DNA from: Candidatus Dormiibacterota bacterium
Lineage (GTDB): Bacteria; Chloroflexota; Dormibacteria; Aeolococcales; Aeolococcaceae
Direction: 5' to 3'
DNA: 64,000 nt
NCBI GenBank assembly: GCA_963743835.1
Contig: CAVUQX010000004.1
Coordinates: forward strand, 706,560 to 770,559
Shown: positions 33,942 to 44,156 of the stretch, in pieces
How positions within the stretch are numbered: the stretch's first letter is position 1
How the letters are laid out: each line of letters starts with the position of its first letter
Position numbers and translations under genes: made by a program
Notes under the pieces: generated by a model
What the model saw: only the letters and a program-made list of their open reading frames with translations
What the model was told of the DNA's origin: nothing
The model's database searches: none

Positions 33942-35558
33942 TTAGCTCTGGCGGCGCACCCTCCGGAGCTCCGCTGCTGCGACGGAGCTCAGACCGAGGC
34001 CACCGAGCAGGAGGCCCATTGCCGGAGCAGCCGGGACCCCGACGCCGGTGCCCGGGGTCGTGATGCCCTGCACGCCACTGCTCACCGCGGTGATGCGCAC
34101 CGGCTCAAGGCCGCACCTGCCGTTGGAGCTGACGTTGTTGGCGTCGCCGTTGTAGACCGCGATCCAGTTGTATGTGCCGGCGATCTTGGTTCCACTGAAG
34201 CTCGCGGATCTTGCGGTTCCGTCCGCCCCGAGCGCAACCGTGCTCGTGAAGATTGCCGCAGCGTGGCACGTGGTGTCAGCCGGGCTGTATAGCGAGAACG
34301 TGACCGTGCCACCGGGATGCAGGCCATTCGAGACCTTCGCGGTATCGAAGATCACGGTACCAGCGACCCCGCCGGCCGACGGAGTCGAGGTGATCCCGTC
34401 GGAGTGCTTGCCGATGGTGACGACTTCCTTGTCGCAGCCACTGCGTGCCTCGGTGTTGTTGCTGTCACCGCCGTAGTCGGCAACCCATTGGTAGACGCCG
34501 ATTTCGGTGGTGGTGTAGCCGGGAGCGGGAACGCTGGCCTTCCCGTTGACGAGCGCGATCGGGCCCGCCATGAAGATCCAGCCGTGCGGAGCACCAGCGG
34601 AAGTCTGGTTGAAGTCGCACGTCGAGTTGCCCGGTGCGAAGAGGTAGAAACGGATGTTGCCGGTCGGGTTGTCGCCGATGACCGTTGCCGAATCCGTGAG
34701 CGCCGTGCCAACAGGTGCACCGCCCGCGTTCGACGGCTGCGTGTCAATGCTCGTCGGCATCTTGCCGATGGTCACAGCCTCCTTGCCGCACCCACTCCGC
34801 GCCTCTGTGTTGTTGCTGTCACCGCCGTAATCCGCGACCCATTGGTAGACGCCGGTCTCCGTCGTGGTGTAGCCGGGCGCAGGAACGCTGGCCTTCCCGT
34901 TGACGAGCGCGATCGGGCCCGCCATGAAGATCCAGCCGTGCGGAGCACCACCCGAAGTCTGGTTGAAGTTGCAGGTCGTGTTGTCCGGCCCGAACAGATA
35001 GAAACGCACGTTTCCGGTTGGGTTGAATCCATTGACGGTCGCCGAGTCGGTGAGGGCGGTGCCGACGGGCGCGCCCTTGGCATTCGATGGCGTCGTGTCG
35101 ATGCTCGTCGGCTGCTTGTTGACCGTGACCGGCTCGTCGCCGCACGCGGTCGGGCCCGACTCGATCGCACCTCCGCTGGTGATCACGATCTCCGCAGTCC
35201 ACTCGAAGGTCCCCGTCGACTGGGCCACATACGAGGCCGAGGTAACCGTGCTGTCGGTCAGCGACGCGGTTGTGACCGGCTCATTGTCGGTAAAGACCGG
35301 GCTTGCGCCCGGAACGCCGCAGGTCCCGGCCGCCCAAAGGAAGAAGGTCACGTGCCGGGAGCTGTCCGCATAGACGACCGCCTGGTCGGCAAGGGCGGTC
35401 TTGCCCACCACCCCCACGGACGGTTGTGGCGTCGTGCCGATGATGTAATGCGCCGACGCTGACATCGTGGTGGCGAGGCCGGCGACCGCCACCCCGAGGA
35501 CGGCGCCGCCGCCGATGGCCAAGGTGCGAGCTTTTTTCGCCCAGCCGTGTTGCCGCAT
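33942..35558 (-). CDS. Surface protein with four Ig-like modules and a C-terminal sorting-signal-like tail
   Basis: Signal (..LATTMSASA). Four modules share the adhesin grammar (..TF.LY...C...Y.W.A.Y.GD.NN...C..E.V.I), and modules 2 and 3 are a 354-bp near-duplicate. The tail is SSGVQGITTPGTGVGVPAAPAMGLLLGGLGLSSVAAAELRRVRRQS. Confidence 0.7.
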   Translation of the reverse strand: MRQHGWAKKARTLAIGGGAVLGVAVAGLATTMSASAHYIIGTTPQPSVGVVGKTALADQAVVYADSSRHVTFFLWAAGTCGVPGASPVFTDNEPVTTASLTDSTVTSASYVAQSTGTFEWTAEIVITSGGAIESGPTACGDEPVTVNKQPTSIDTTPSNAKGAPVGTALTDSATVNGFNPTGNVRFYLFGPDNTTCNFNQTSGGAPHGWIFMAGPIALVNGKASVPAPGYTTTETGVYQWVADYGGDSNNTEARSGCGKEAVTIGKMPTSIDTQPSNAGGAPVGTALTDSATVIGDNPTGNIRFYLFAPGNSTCDFNQTSAGAPHGWIFMAGPIALVNGKASVPAPGYTTTEIGVYQWVADYGGDSNNTEARSGCDKEVVTIGKHSDGITSTPSAGGVAGTVIFDTAKVSNGLHPGGTVTFSLYSPADTTCHAAAIFTSTVALGADGTARSASFSGTKIAGTYNWIAVYNGDANNVSSNGRCGLEPVRITAVSSGVQGITTPGTGVGVPAAPAMGLLLGGLGLSSVAAAELRRVRRQS

Positions 35559-35897
35559 GGATAACCCTCCTGACGCGGCGCCTCCCAGCGCCCCCTGCTA
35601 ACCCTGACCCGCCCACTACACCTATGTCGCGAACGCTTCGAACACGTCGTTCCAATCGAACGGCGTTATTGTAACAAACGCTCTGCTACGCCGCAAGTTC
35701 TGAGATCGGAACTGTTGGAACGGGCCCTTAGGTCGGCCTTTATCGAGGCGCCATGGGGCCCGCCCCAGACGCCCTCGATGCCGATTCGCCCCCCAGCGAG
35801 GACGCCGCGAGCCGGGACCCGCACACCGGACATCGATCCAACCGGGGACGGAGGCGCGGCCCCAATGGGCCGCACCCCGCAGTCACCGGTCGTGCCC

Positions 35898-36524
35898 TCA
35901 AACGGGAACGACGGTCCTCTTGAAGTTGGCGTTGGTCACGAATGCGAACGAGCAGTAGATGGCTGCGATGGCGGTGAGAAGGCCGATGCCGCCGGAGATC
36001 TGGTTCCAACCCGCGCTCGGCGCGCTCTTTGCCCAGAAGGCGATTGCCAGCGTGATGAACGTCAGAGCGAGGAGGAAGAACACCAAGGAGACCCCACGCG
36101 ACGCCCCACCCAGCGAGGCGACGAACATGTAGGCCGTGAAGATGCCCCATCCGAGCGCGTACATGCCGAGGATGGGGGTCGGATCCTTGGGGAGATCCGG
36201 TGCGAACGTCGTCTCGATCAGCACGAAGCTGAGCCAGAACAAGCCGTAACTCGTGAACGCGGTTGCCCCGAACGTGTTCCCGACCCTGAACTCCCACATC
36301 CCGGCGAAGATCTGTCCGAGTCCACCGAAGGCTATGGCCGTCGCCAGGACGACTGACAACGAACCAGCGGTCGGTCCAGGAGCCGCCGAGATGAAGCCGA
36401 CGTTGATGACTGAGAGCAAGAGTGTCGTCAGTCCGAATCCGATCAGCCCCAGCGGCGCTGGGTTTGCGACCGGTGCCACCAACTCCGCCACATAGGGCGG
36501 GCCGGGCGAAACTGCGGTTGCCAT
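35898..36524 (-). CDS. GPR1/FUN34/YaaH-family acetate/succinate channel (SatP-like)
   Basis: The family signature NPAPLGLIGFGLTT is near the N-terminus, with six TM helices. It lies directly downstream of acs. Confidence 0.8.
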   Translation of the reverse strand: MATAVSPGPPYVAELVAPVANPAPLGLIGFGLTTLLLSVINVGFISAAPGPTAGSLSVVLATAIAFGGLGQIFAGMWEFRVGNTFGATAFTSYGLFWLSFVLIETTFAPDLPKDPTPILGMYALGWGIFTAYMFVASLGGASRGVSLVFFLLALTFITLAIAFWAKSAPSAGWNQISGGIGLLTAIAAIYCSFAFVTNANFKRTVVPV

Positions 36525-36609
36525 AGGTTGGTAGCCCTCCTAATGAGTTCCGGGATACCTGACACCCCGGAGTGTGTTCGTAATCGAACTGTCCCCCATC
36601 GCGACGGAT

Positions 36610-38574
36610 CTACTGTTCTTTGGCTTCCTCCTCAGTGGCGCGGCGCTGGAGATCCGCGACGATGCTCGAATCGGCGAGCGTCGTTGTGTCGCCGAGCTTG
36701 CGGTTCTCGGCGATGTCGCGGAGCAGGCGGCGCATGATCTTTCCACTTCGCGTTTTGGGCAGATCTGGCGTAAACGCGATCCATTTCGGTTTTGCGATCG
36801 GACCGATGAGCTTGGCGACGTGGTCGCGCAGTTCGGCGATGAGCCCGGTCAACTCATCGTAACCGGCTCGCAGCGTGACGAACGCCGAGATCGCCTGCCC
36901 GGTCTCGGGGTCGCTCTTGGCCACGACCGCGGCCTCGGCCACCGCCGGGTGGTCCACGAGCGCCGACTCGACCTCGGCGGTCGAGATGCGGTGACCGGCA
37001 ACGTTCATGACGTCATCAACTCGTCCCATGAACCAGAAGTAGCCATCCTCGTCGATGCGAGCGCCGTCGCCGGCGAAGTACTGGGTGCCGAAGCGATTCC
37101 AGTAGGTCTCTTTGTACCGCTCGTCATCACCCCAGATGCCACGCAGCATCCCCGGCCACGGCTTGGTGAGCGTGACGTAGCCTCCGCCGCCGAGCGCCAC
37201 CGGGTTCCCCGCCTCGTCCACCACCGCCGCACCGATGCCCGGGAGCGGTTTGGTCGCCGATCCGGGCTTGAGCGTGGTCACACCGGCGAGGGGCGCGATC
37301 ATGATCCCGCCGGTCTCGGTCTGCCACCAGGTGTCAACCACCGGGGTTCGATCGCCGCCGATATGCTCGCGGTACCACATCCAGGCCTCCGGGTTGATCG
37401 GCTCGCCGACAGTGCCGAGCAGGCGGAGGCTCGAGAGGTCGTGCTTCTCGGGAAACTCCGGGCCCCACTTCATGAAGGTGCGGATGGCGGTGGGCGCGCA
37501 GTAGAGGACGGTGACCCCGTACTTCTCGATGATCGACCACCAGCGATCCTTGGCCGGGAAGTCCGGCGTGCCCTCGTACATCACCGAGGTCACGCCGTTG
37601 CCGAGCGGCCCGTAGACGATGTACGAGTGCCCGGTTACCCAGCCAACGTCGGCCGCGCACCAGTAGACGGTGTCGGGCTGGATGTCGAACACCAGGTCGT
37701 GCGTGAACATCGCGTAGAGGTGATAGCCGCCGGTGGTGTGCTTGATCCCCTTCGGCTTGGCCGTGGTGCCTGAGGTGTAGAGAGTGAAGAGGAGGTCCTC
37801 CGAACCCATGTGCTCCGGTTCGCAGGTGTCCGACTCGCCCTCGACGAGGTCGTGGTACCAGTGGTCGCGACCCTCGGTCATCGGCACCTCATTGCCCGTG
37901 CGGCGCACGACCACCACGTTCTTGACCGTCGGCGAGCCCTCGCACGCCTCGTCGACGCTTCGCTTGAGGGGCACGAGGCCGCCGCGGCGCCAGCCCTCAT
38001 CGGCAGTGATGATCGCGACTGCGGCGGCGTCGTTCATGCGATCCCGAACGGCCTCGGCGCTGAACCCGCCGAAGACCACCGAGTGCGCTGCCCCGATTCG
38101 AGCGCAGGCGAGCATCGCCATGGGCAGCTCCGGGATCATCGGCATGTAGATCCCGACCCGGTCGCCCCGCTTGATCCCGAGCTTCTTGAGCGCGTTGGCG
38201 AAGCGGCAGACCCCGGAGAGCAGCTCGGCGTAGGTGATCGCTCGCGTGTCGCCCTGCTCACCCTCGAAGTGGTAGGCGACCTTCTCGCCCTTTCCGGCCT
38301 CGACGTGGCGGTCCAGGCAGTTGTAGGAGACGTTCAGCTCACCACCGACGAACCACTTGGCGAAGGGAAGATCCCATTCGAGCACCGTGTCGAACGGCCT
38401 GTACCAGCTGACGTACTTCTTCGCCTGCTCAGCCCAGAAGCCCTCGGGGTCGGCAGCCGCGGCTTCGAAGAGGCTCTGGTCGGTGACCCGCGCTTTCGCG
38501 AGGAACTCCGGGCTCGGAGCGAACGTACGCCGCTCGTCGAGCAGGGTGTCGATGGTTCTGGCCCGCTCGCTCAT
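36610..38574 (-). CDS. acs: Acetyl-CoA synthetase
   Basis: Full-length Acs-like sequence: [11 protein letters not shown] (AMP motif), ..WWQTETGG.., ..[36 protein letters not shown] before ATG 38574. I do not believe the ORF-track start at 38628. Confidence 0.9.
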   Translation of the reverse strand: MSERARTIDTLLDERRTFAPSPEFLAKARVTDQSLFEAAAADPEGFWAEQAKKYVSWYRPFDTVLEWDLPFAKWFVGGELNVSYNCLDRHVEAGKGEKVAYHFEGEQGDTRAITYAELLSGVCRFANALKKLGIKRGDRVGIYMPMIPELPMAMLACARIGAAHSVVFGGFSAEAVRDRMNDAAAVAIITADEGWRRGGLVPLKRSVDEACEGSPTVKNVVVVRRTGNEVPMTEGRDHWYHDLVEGESDTCEPEHMGSEDLLFTLYTSGTTAKPKGIKHTTGGYHLYAMFTHDLVFDIQPDTVYWCAADVGWVTGHSYIVYGPLGNGVTSVMYEGTPDFPAKDRWWSIIEKYGVTVLYCAPTAIRTFMKWGPEFPEKHDLSSLRLLGTVGEPINPEAWMWYREHIGGDRTPVVDTWWQTETGGIMIAPLAGVTTLKPGSATKPLPGIGAAVVDEAGNPVALGGGGYVTLTKPWPGMLRGIWGDDERYKETYWNRFGTQYFAGDGARIDEDGYFWFMGRVDDVMNVAGHRISTAEVESALVDHPAVAEAAVVAKSDPETGQAISAFVTLRAGYDELTGLIAELRDHVAKLIGPIAKPKWIAFTPDLPKTRSGKIMRRLLRDIAENRKLGDTTTLADSSIVADLQRRATEEEAKEQ

Positions 38575-38849
38575 CACGACCTCCTGGACGGCGCCCTGAC
38601 AAAATTGATTTCCGCGCATTAATTGCACTAGTGCGGTCGCTTAGGCAAGCACTTCCGGAGATTCGGTTCGAGGTCGACCCCGTGCGATCGCCGGTCTCGA
38701 CCGGTTGGACGACCAACCAGTTGCGGCCTCTGGCTCCCCGGTTGATATCGGCGATCCGTCACGACTTGCAACCAACTCTTCACACGTTGCCATCGGGCGC
38801 GGACCGAGAACGCGTCGATACTGGCATTCGGGGTGGACAGGACGGTGTC

Positions 38850-39434
38850 ATGGGCACCGCCGCTCTGGAGGATCCGACCATTTCTATGCGTGCGACGCGA
38901 CCGCGCAGGCGCCGGTCTTCGGGCCAGGGCCTGGTTGAGTTTGCCATCGTTGGCGGCCTCCTCTTCTTCCTGATCTTCTCGGTCATGAACGCGGGCTTCT
39001 ATCTGTATGGAGCTAACGCCATGCAGTACGCCGCCGATATCGGAGTAGCTGCAATCGCCGCCGAGGGTAACTACGACAACACCGGGATCCCGCAGCCGAA
39101 CAACGCCGACACGATCGCGATCGGCCGGATGGACAGCGATGGGCTCCAGAGCACGCCTTTGGTGTCTGTATCAGAGGTCGACGTCTACAAGGAGACGGTG
39201 ACCGCGGGCGTCTTCAGCGATGCCACCGGCTGCGCCGCGGGGGTTTGCGAAAACCGCTACACGGCATCGGGATCGACGATCGGGACAATCCAATGGAGTC
39301 CGGCGGTACGCAACGTTGGACCAACGCCAGACTACGCCAAGCTGGTCATCCACTTCTCCTACACACTGCTGATCGGGACGACAACCTTCACCAGCACGAC
39401 GGTCAACCTCTTCCGCCTGGAGCCGCAGCAGTGA
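38850..39434 (+). CDS. TadE-like pseudopilin / pilus assembly protein
   Basis: N-terminal GQGLVEFAIVGGLLFFLIFSVMNAGFYL is the TadE-type hydrophobic leader. The start is ATG 38850 or 38886. Confidence 0.6.
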   Translation: MGTAALEDPTISMRATRPRRRRSSGQGLVEFAIVGGLLFFLIFSVMNAGFYLYGANAMQYAADIGVAAIAAEGNYDNTGIPQPNNADTIAIGRMDSDGLQSTPLVSVSEVDVYKETVTAGVFSDATGCAAGVCENRYTASGSTIGTIQWSPAVRNVGPTPDYAKLVIHFSYTLLIGTTTFTSTTVNLFRLEPQQ

Positions 39435-40051
39435 TGCGCCTGCGCGATACGCGCAGTGGCCAGGCCATGGTGGAGATGGCGCTCCTGCTGCCGGTCCTGC
39501 TCTTGCTGTTCCTCGGCGCGTGGACCGCCGCAAACCTCATCGATGACAACAACGCCGCCGCACAGGCCACGCGCGCGGGTGCCCGCCTGGCAGCCGAGCT
39601 CGGTAATGCCTCGGCCTCGGGCTTGACCCAGACGCAGGTCGACCGAGACATCATCGATCAGGTGCTGCCGATCGTCAAACCCCAGTTGACGAATGCCCAG
39701 GTAACTGAGATCGACATCTATGAGCCGAGTGGCTGCACGGGCACGACGCCCTTCAACAGCGGCACATGTCCGCCCAACAATGGCGCCTACTGCACGAGCG
39801 CATTCGTGAACGCGTGGACGCCCGTGTGCGCCGGCGTCACCGAGCCAATCGATGTCTACAGCGTGACCAACTACGTCGCAACGTACCCGTGCACGACGTG
39901 CACCTACACGCTGGCCCTTCGGTTGCAGACGCATCCGAACGAGGCTGAGCTCGGCGTCCGCCTCGTCTTCAAGTACACGTCGCCAGCGCTGACGTTCTTC
40001 ACCCAGACAGACACTCAATACACCGTTATGCGGCTTGCGCCGACAGCATGA
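39434..40051 (+). CDS. TadE-like pseudopilin / pilus assembly protein
   Basis: MRLRDTRSGQAMVEMALLLPVLLLLFLGAWTAANL. The ATG overlaps the previous stop (GTGATG). Confidence 0.65.
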   Translation: MRLRDTRSGQAMVEMALLLPVLLLLFLGAWTAANLIDDNNAAAQATRAGARLAAELGNASASGLTQTQVDRDIIDQVLPIVKPQLTNAQVTEIDIYEPSGCTGTTPFNSGTCPPNNGAYCTSAFVNAWTPVCAGVTEPIDVYSVTNYVATYPCTTCTYTLALRLQTHPNEAELGVRLVFKYTSPALTFFTQTDTQYTVMRLAPTA

Positions 40052-42003
40052 GGATGACCATGAGACCAGCACCGCACCGGTCCCGCCGGCGCTCCACGAA
40101 GGGTCAAGCGATGGCGATCTTCGCCCTCGTCTCGGTCCTCCTTTTCGTCGTAGCCGGCCTCGCCGTCGACGCCGGCTCAAGCTACCTGACCAGCAACCGG
40201 CTCGAGCGCGCAGCCGCGGCCGCCGCGCTGGCCGGAGTCGCGTATCTTCCGGGTGACTATCCCGATGCGCAGAACGCCGCGCTGGTCGAGGCTGCGCGCG
40301 ATGGATTCCCGAACGCCGGTTCCGCAAACACGTGCCCAGGCAGTCCAACGCCGTCGCCATGTGTGATCACGTCGCAGCCGAAGACCAATGAGCTCACGGT
40401 CACAATCTCCGCTTCGGTATCGACGATCTTCCTTCGCCTTGTCGGCTTCGGCTCGCATACCGTTGTTCGCGCCGAGACCGCGCAGTACCTCCCACCGATC
40501 TCACTCGGACAGCCTGGTGCACAGCAGGGAGCCGATATCGCCGGGCTCGGCGTCACCGGGTACTTCGAGCGCCAGGAGGGATGGGGAAACCCGCGATCTG
40601 AGGGCGACCCGTTCACACCGACGCCATTCCAGAACACCAGCACATGCGGACCGACGAAGAGCGACCCCTGCAGCGCGGCAGGGTCGCCCGATTACCACTC
40701 CATCAGTGCGGCCGATGGCACCGAGACCCCAGACGCGACACTCGAGTACCAGGGCGGGTCGAACTACCTGATCGATCTCCCACCAGGAGCGACGACGGAC
40801 GTACAGGTCTACAACCCCGCATTCGCGCCGGACGGGTGCGGCGGTGGCAGCACCGCACCTCCGTTCTGCTACCACGAGAACGACACGAGTCTTAACGGGT
40901 CCGGCTCGGCGTGCACCGAATACTCGGCCATGGCATACACCCTCTTCTCGGTCTCGACGCTGTCCTCGCGGCTCTCGGACACCAAAGTGGGTCAGGAGAT
41001 CTTCTACCCGTATAACGAAACGAACAGCCCGACCAACTACTTCTACTACGCTCCCGGAGCAAACGGCGGGAGCTGCCCCAGCCAAACGACCGTGGCAGGC
41101 ACCAACCCGAACTATCACCAGTGGGTTTCGGTGCTGACGTACAACCCGACCCTGGCCACGGATCCGGAGAACTACAACGCTAGAAACGGCCCCTCGCCTC
41201 CTGCCAGCAGCGCCAACCGGTTCAACGGAACCCTGAGCAATGTCGGGGGGACGGTCGACAAATTCTACCGTCTCGAAGTCGACTCCGAGCAGTGGAACGG
41301 CTGGCCGAGTTGCGCGGCAACTGTCGGACCGTGCACGACCCCTAACTCGACGGTAGCCAACGGTGGCAACGGATACTCGAACGCCCACAAGGGCTACGCG
41401 GTGCGTCTCGTCAGTCCCGGCACCTCGGCGTGCACGAGTTGCGGCACCGTCTCCGGAATGGACGACATGACCGTGTTCACCCCTGTAGACGGGTCAACCG
41501 ATCCTCAGTTCGCGATTCCTCTCTTCAGCATCGACCCGACCGCCTACGCGGGCGAGACCATCAATGTCGACCTTTTTGACGTCGGTGATGTCAGCGGCGG
41601 CGCGGCATATGTCGGACTTCAGGAGCCCGACGGGGTCACCTGGGCCACTGCAAACAGCATGACCGACCTCGGGGCAGATCTTGGAGGGTCGGCACCACCG
41701 AGCGGCAGTGCGAATGTGACCTCACTGGGTAACTGGCCCTCCGGCGGCGCTGCATGTAGCGCGTGCTACCAAACAGAGGCAGCCAGTAGCGGGGGCACAG
41801 CAATCTACAACGGACAGTGGGTCCAGATACAAGTGCAGGTGCCTGCGTCGTTCACCGCCCCAGGTGGGGTTGCATGCACCACCAGTGGGACGTCGAACTG
41901 CTACTGGAGCCTCGTCTATGACGTCGCGCCGAGCGCTGTCGCCGGCGACACATTCGCCGTCGAAGTCGGATTCAGCGGTAGCCCGGACCACCTCCTCCCG
42001 TAG
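40048..42003 (+). CDS. TadG-like protein (Tad_N-type N-terminus) with large Ser/Thr/Pro/Gly-rich extracellular domain
   Basis: KGQAMAIFALVSVLLFVVAGLAVDAGSSYLTSNRLERAAAAAALAGV matches the 'putative Flp pilus-assembly TadE/G-like' N-terminal domain. The start overlaps the previous stop. Confidence 0.65.
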   Translation: MRMTMRPAPHRSRRRSTKGQAMAIFALVSVLLFVVAGLAVDAGSSYLTSNRLERAAAAAALAGVAYLPGDYPDAQNAALVEAARDGFPNAGSANTCPGSPTPSPCVITSQPKTNELTVTISASVSTIFLRLVGFGSHTVVRAETAQYLPPISLGQPGAQQGADIAGLGVTGYFERQEGWGNPRSEGDPFTPTPFQNTSTCGPTKSDPCSAAGSPDYHSISAADGTETPDATLEYQGGSNYLIDLPPGATTDVQVYNPAFAPDGCGGGSTAPPFCYHENDTSLNGSGSACTEYSAMAYTLFSVSTLSSRLSDTKVGQEIFYPYNETNSPTNYFYYAPGANGGSCPSQTTVAGTNPNYHQWVSVLTYNPTLATDPENYNARNGPSPPASSANRFNGTLSNVGGTVDKFYRLEVDSEQWNGWPSCAATVGPCTTPNSTVANGGNGYSNAHKGYAVRLVSPGTSACTSCGTVSGMDDMTVFTPVDGSTDPQFAIPLFSIDPTAYAGETINVDLFDVGDVSGGAAYVGLQEPDGVTWATANSMTDLGADLGGSAPPSGSANVTSLGNWPSGGAACSACYQTEAASSGGTAIYNGQWVQIQVQVPASFTAPGGVACTTSGTSNCYWSLVYDVAPSAVAGDTFAVEVGFSGSPDHLLP

Positions 42004-42046
42004 TCCAAACGCTCACAGCGAACTCTGAGCCTCCGCTCAGATCGCC

Positions 42047-44152
42047 GTGAGCGACGGGCGGCACAGTGAGGCCATGGCTTCCCGCCCGTTCTTCGACGAT
42101 CCCCCGCCGGCGATCCCGGCTGCCCCGCCTCGGATCCGGGACGCGGGCGGTGGCGCGCTGCCCGTCTGCGGGGCGAGATCGCTGGTCCGCGGCCACCAGG
42201 AGGACGCGGCCTGGGTGCGCCCATCGCTGATCGGGCTGCTGGGCATCGCCGCGCTCCTCTACCTCTGGGACCTCGGCGCCTCGGGGTGGGCGAACGCCTT
42301 CTACTCAGCGGCGGTCCAGGCCGGTTCGACGAGTTGGAAGGCGTTCTTCTTCGGATCGTTCGACGCGTCGAACTTCATCACGGTTGACAAATCACCTGCC
42401 GCGCTGTGGGTGATGGACCTCTCGGCTCGCCTGTTCGGCGTCAATGCGTGGAGCATCCTCGTGCCCCAGGCACTCGAGGGTGTGGCCACGGTGGGCTTCA
42501 CCTATCTCACAGTCCGCAGATGGTTCTCACCCGCCGCGGCCTTGATCGCCGGCGCGACGGTTGCGCTGACGCCGGTCGCGGCGCTGATGTTCCGCTTCGA
42601 CAACCCCGATGCCCTGCTCGTGCTCCTGCTCACCATCGCCACCTACGCGACGGTTCGCGCCGTCGAGGCCGGCAAGACGAAGTGGCTCGTGCTCGCCGCA
42701 ACCCTGGTCGGATTCGCGTTCCTGACCAAGATGCTCCAGGCATTTCTCGTCGTGCCGGCGTTCGGCCTCGTCTATCTCGTTGCCGCACCGGTGTCGCTCC
42801 GGCGCCGCATCGCTCAGCTTGCGATCGCTGCTGGTGCGATGGTCGTCGCATCGGGCTGGTGGGTGGCGATCGTCCAGCTCACGCCCGCTGCGGACCGCCC
42901 GTACATCGGCGGATCGCAGAACAACAGCATCCTCAATCTGATCTTTGGCTACAACGGATTCGGCAGGCTCACCGGCAACGAGGCCGGGAGCGTCGGGGGC
43001 GCCGGAACCACCGGATCGATGTGGGGCCCCACAGGCCTCACCCGCCTGTTCAACGCCAGCTTCGGCGGCCAGGTCTCCTGGCTCCTTCCCGCCGCGTTGA
43101 TCCTGCTGATCGCCGGCCTCGTGTTCACACTGCGGCGCGGCCGCACCGATCGAACGCGCGCAGCCCTCATCCTGTGGGGCGGCTCACTGGTCGTCACCGC
43201 ACTGGTCTTCAGCCTGGCCGCCGGCATCATCCATCCCTATTACACGGTGGCGCTCGCCCCCGCGATCGGCGCGCTGGTCGGCATCGGCAGCGTGCTGCTC
43301 TGGCGGGAGCGCTCGCGGGTATGGGCGCGCCTCGTGCTCGCGGGAACGGTTGCGGTGACGAGCGTCTGGTCGGTCGTGCTCCTGGAGCGCAGCCCTGACT
43401 TCGCTCCTGCGCTCGCCCCAGCCGTCGCCGTCCTCGGCGTCGGCGCGGCAATCGCGATCCTTGGCATGCCGCTGCTGCATCGACGTGTCGTGGCAGGGGT
43501 GCTCGCCGTCGCGATCGCAGCGGCGTTCGCTGGGCCGGCCGCGTACACGATCGACACCGTCCTGACCGCTCACTCCGGCGCCATCCCGTCGGCCGGGCCC
43601 GCGGTCACCGCGGTGACGACCGGCGGCGTGCCCGGCGGCTTCGCCGGCCGCGGCGCGCCGCGGGCCTTTCCCGGTGGCTTCGGCGGCGGCGGCTTCCTCC
43701 CTGGAGGCGGCTTCGGTAACCCGGGCGGCTTCACCGGCCGAGGGGGTTTCCCGCGCGGTGCCGGCGGCGGTGGCTTCGCCGGCGGAGGCGGGTTCCTGAA
43801 CGCGAGCACGCCGGGCGCCGCGCTGGTCACGCTGCTGCAGACCAATGCCGGCCACTACAGCTGGGTTGCAGCCACAATCGATGCTAACTCAGCGGCCGGG
43901 TACCAGCTCGCGACCGACGATCCGATCATGGCGATCGGGGGCTTCAACGGCACCGATCCGGCACCGAGCCTCGCGCAGTTCGAGCAATACGTCGCCCAGG
44001 GCCGCATCCACTATTTCATCGGGTCCGGGCGAACACTCGGCGCGTCTGGCAATGCGACCTCCGGCCAGATCGCGCAGTGGATCGAGCAACACTTCACCGC
44101 CACCACGGTCGACGGCGTGACCGTGTACGACCTGACCCAGCCTGCCTCCTGA
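42047..44152 (+). CDS. GT39-family (PMT/ArnT-like, GT-C) glycosyltransferase
   Basis: ..FITVDKSPAALWVMDLSARLFGVNAWSILVPQALEGVATV..LTPVAALMFRFDNPDALLVLL.. is the conserved N-terminal GT39 region, with about 12 TM helices. A Gly/Phe-rich insert precedes the C-terminal soluble domain. The start is uncertain (GTG 42047 or ATG 42074). Confidence 0.75.
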   Translation: MSDGRHSEAMASRPFFDDPPPAIPAAPPRIRDAGGGALPVCGARSLVRGHQEDAAWVRPSLIGLLGIAALLYLWDLGASGWANAFYSAAVQAGSTSWKAFFFGSFDASNFITVDKSPAALWVMDLSARLFGVNAWSILVPQALEGVATVGFTYLTVRRWFSPAAALIAGATVALTPVAALMFRFDNPDALLVLLLTIATYATVRAVEAGKTKWLVLAATLVGFAFLTKMLQAFLVVPAFGLVYLVAAPVSLRRRIAQLAIAAGAMVVASGWWVAIVQLTPAADRPYIGGSQNNSILNLIFGYNGFGRLTGNEAGSVGGAGTTGSMWGPTGLTRLFNASFGGQVSWLLPAALILLIAGLVFTLRRGRTDRTRAALILWGGSLVVTALVFSLAAGIIHPYYTVALAPAIGALVGIGSVLLWRERSRVWARLVLAGTVAVTSVWSVVLLERSPDFAPALAPAVAVLGVGAAIAILGMPLLHRRVVAGVLAVAIAAAFAGPAAYTIDTVLTAHSGAIPSAGPAVTAVTTGGVPGGFAGRGAPRAFPGGFGGGGFLPGGGFGNPGGFTGRGGFPRGAGGGGFAGGGGFLNASTPGAALVTLLQTNAGHYSWVAATIDANSAAGYQLATDDPIMAIGGFNGTDPAPSLAQFEQYVAQGRIHYFIGSGRTLGASGNATSGQIAQWIEQHFTATTVDGVTVYDLTQPAS

Positions 44153-44156
44153 TCGG

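Noticed and set aside
38655-38700. GGTTCGAGG resembles a tRNA T-loop in the acs/tadE intergenic region.
   Set aside because: The flanking sequence cannot be folded into acceptor, D and anticodon arms. I saw no cloverleaf-compatible sequence elsewhere in the intergenic regions either.
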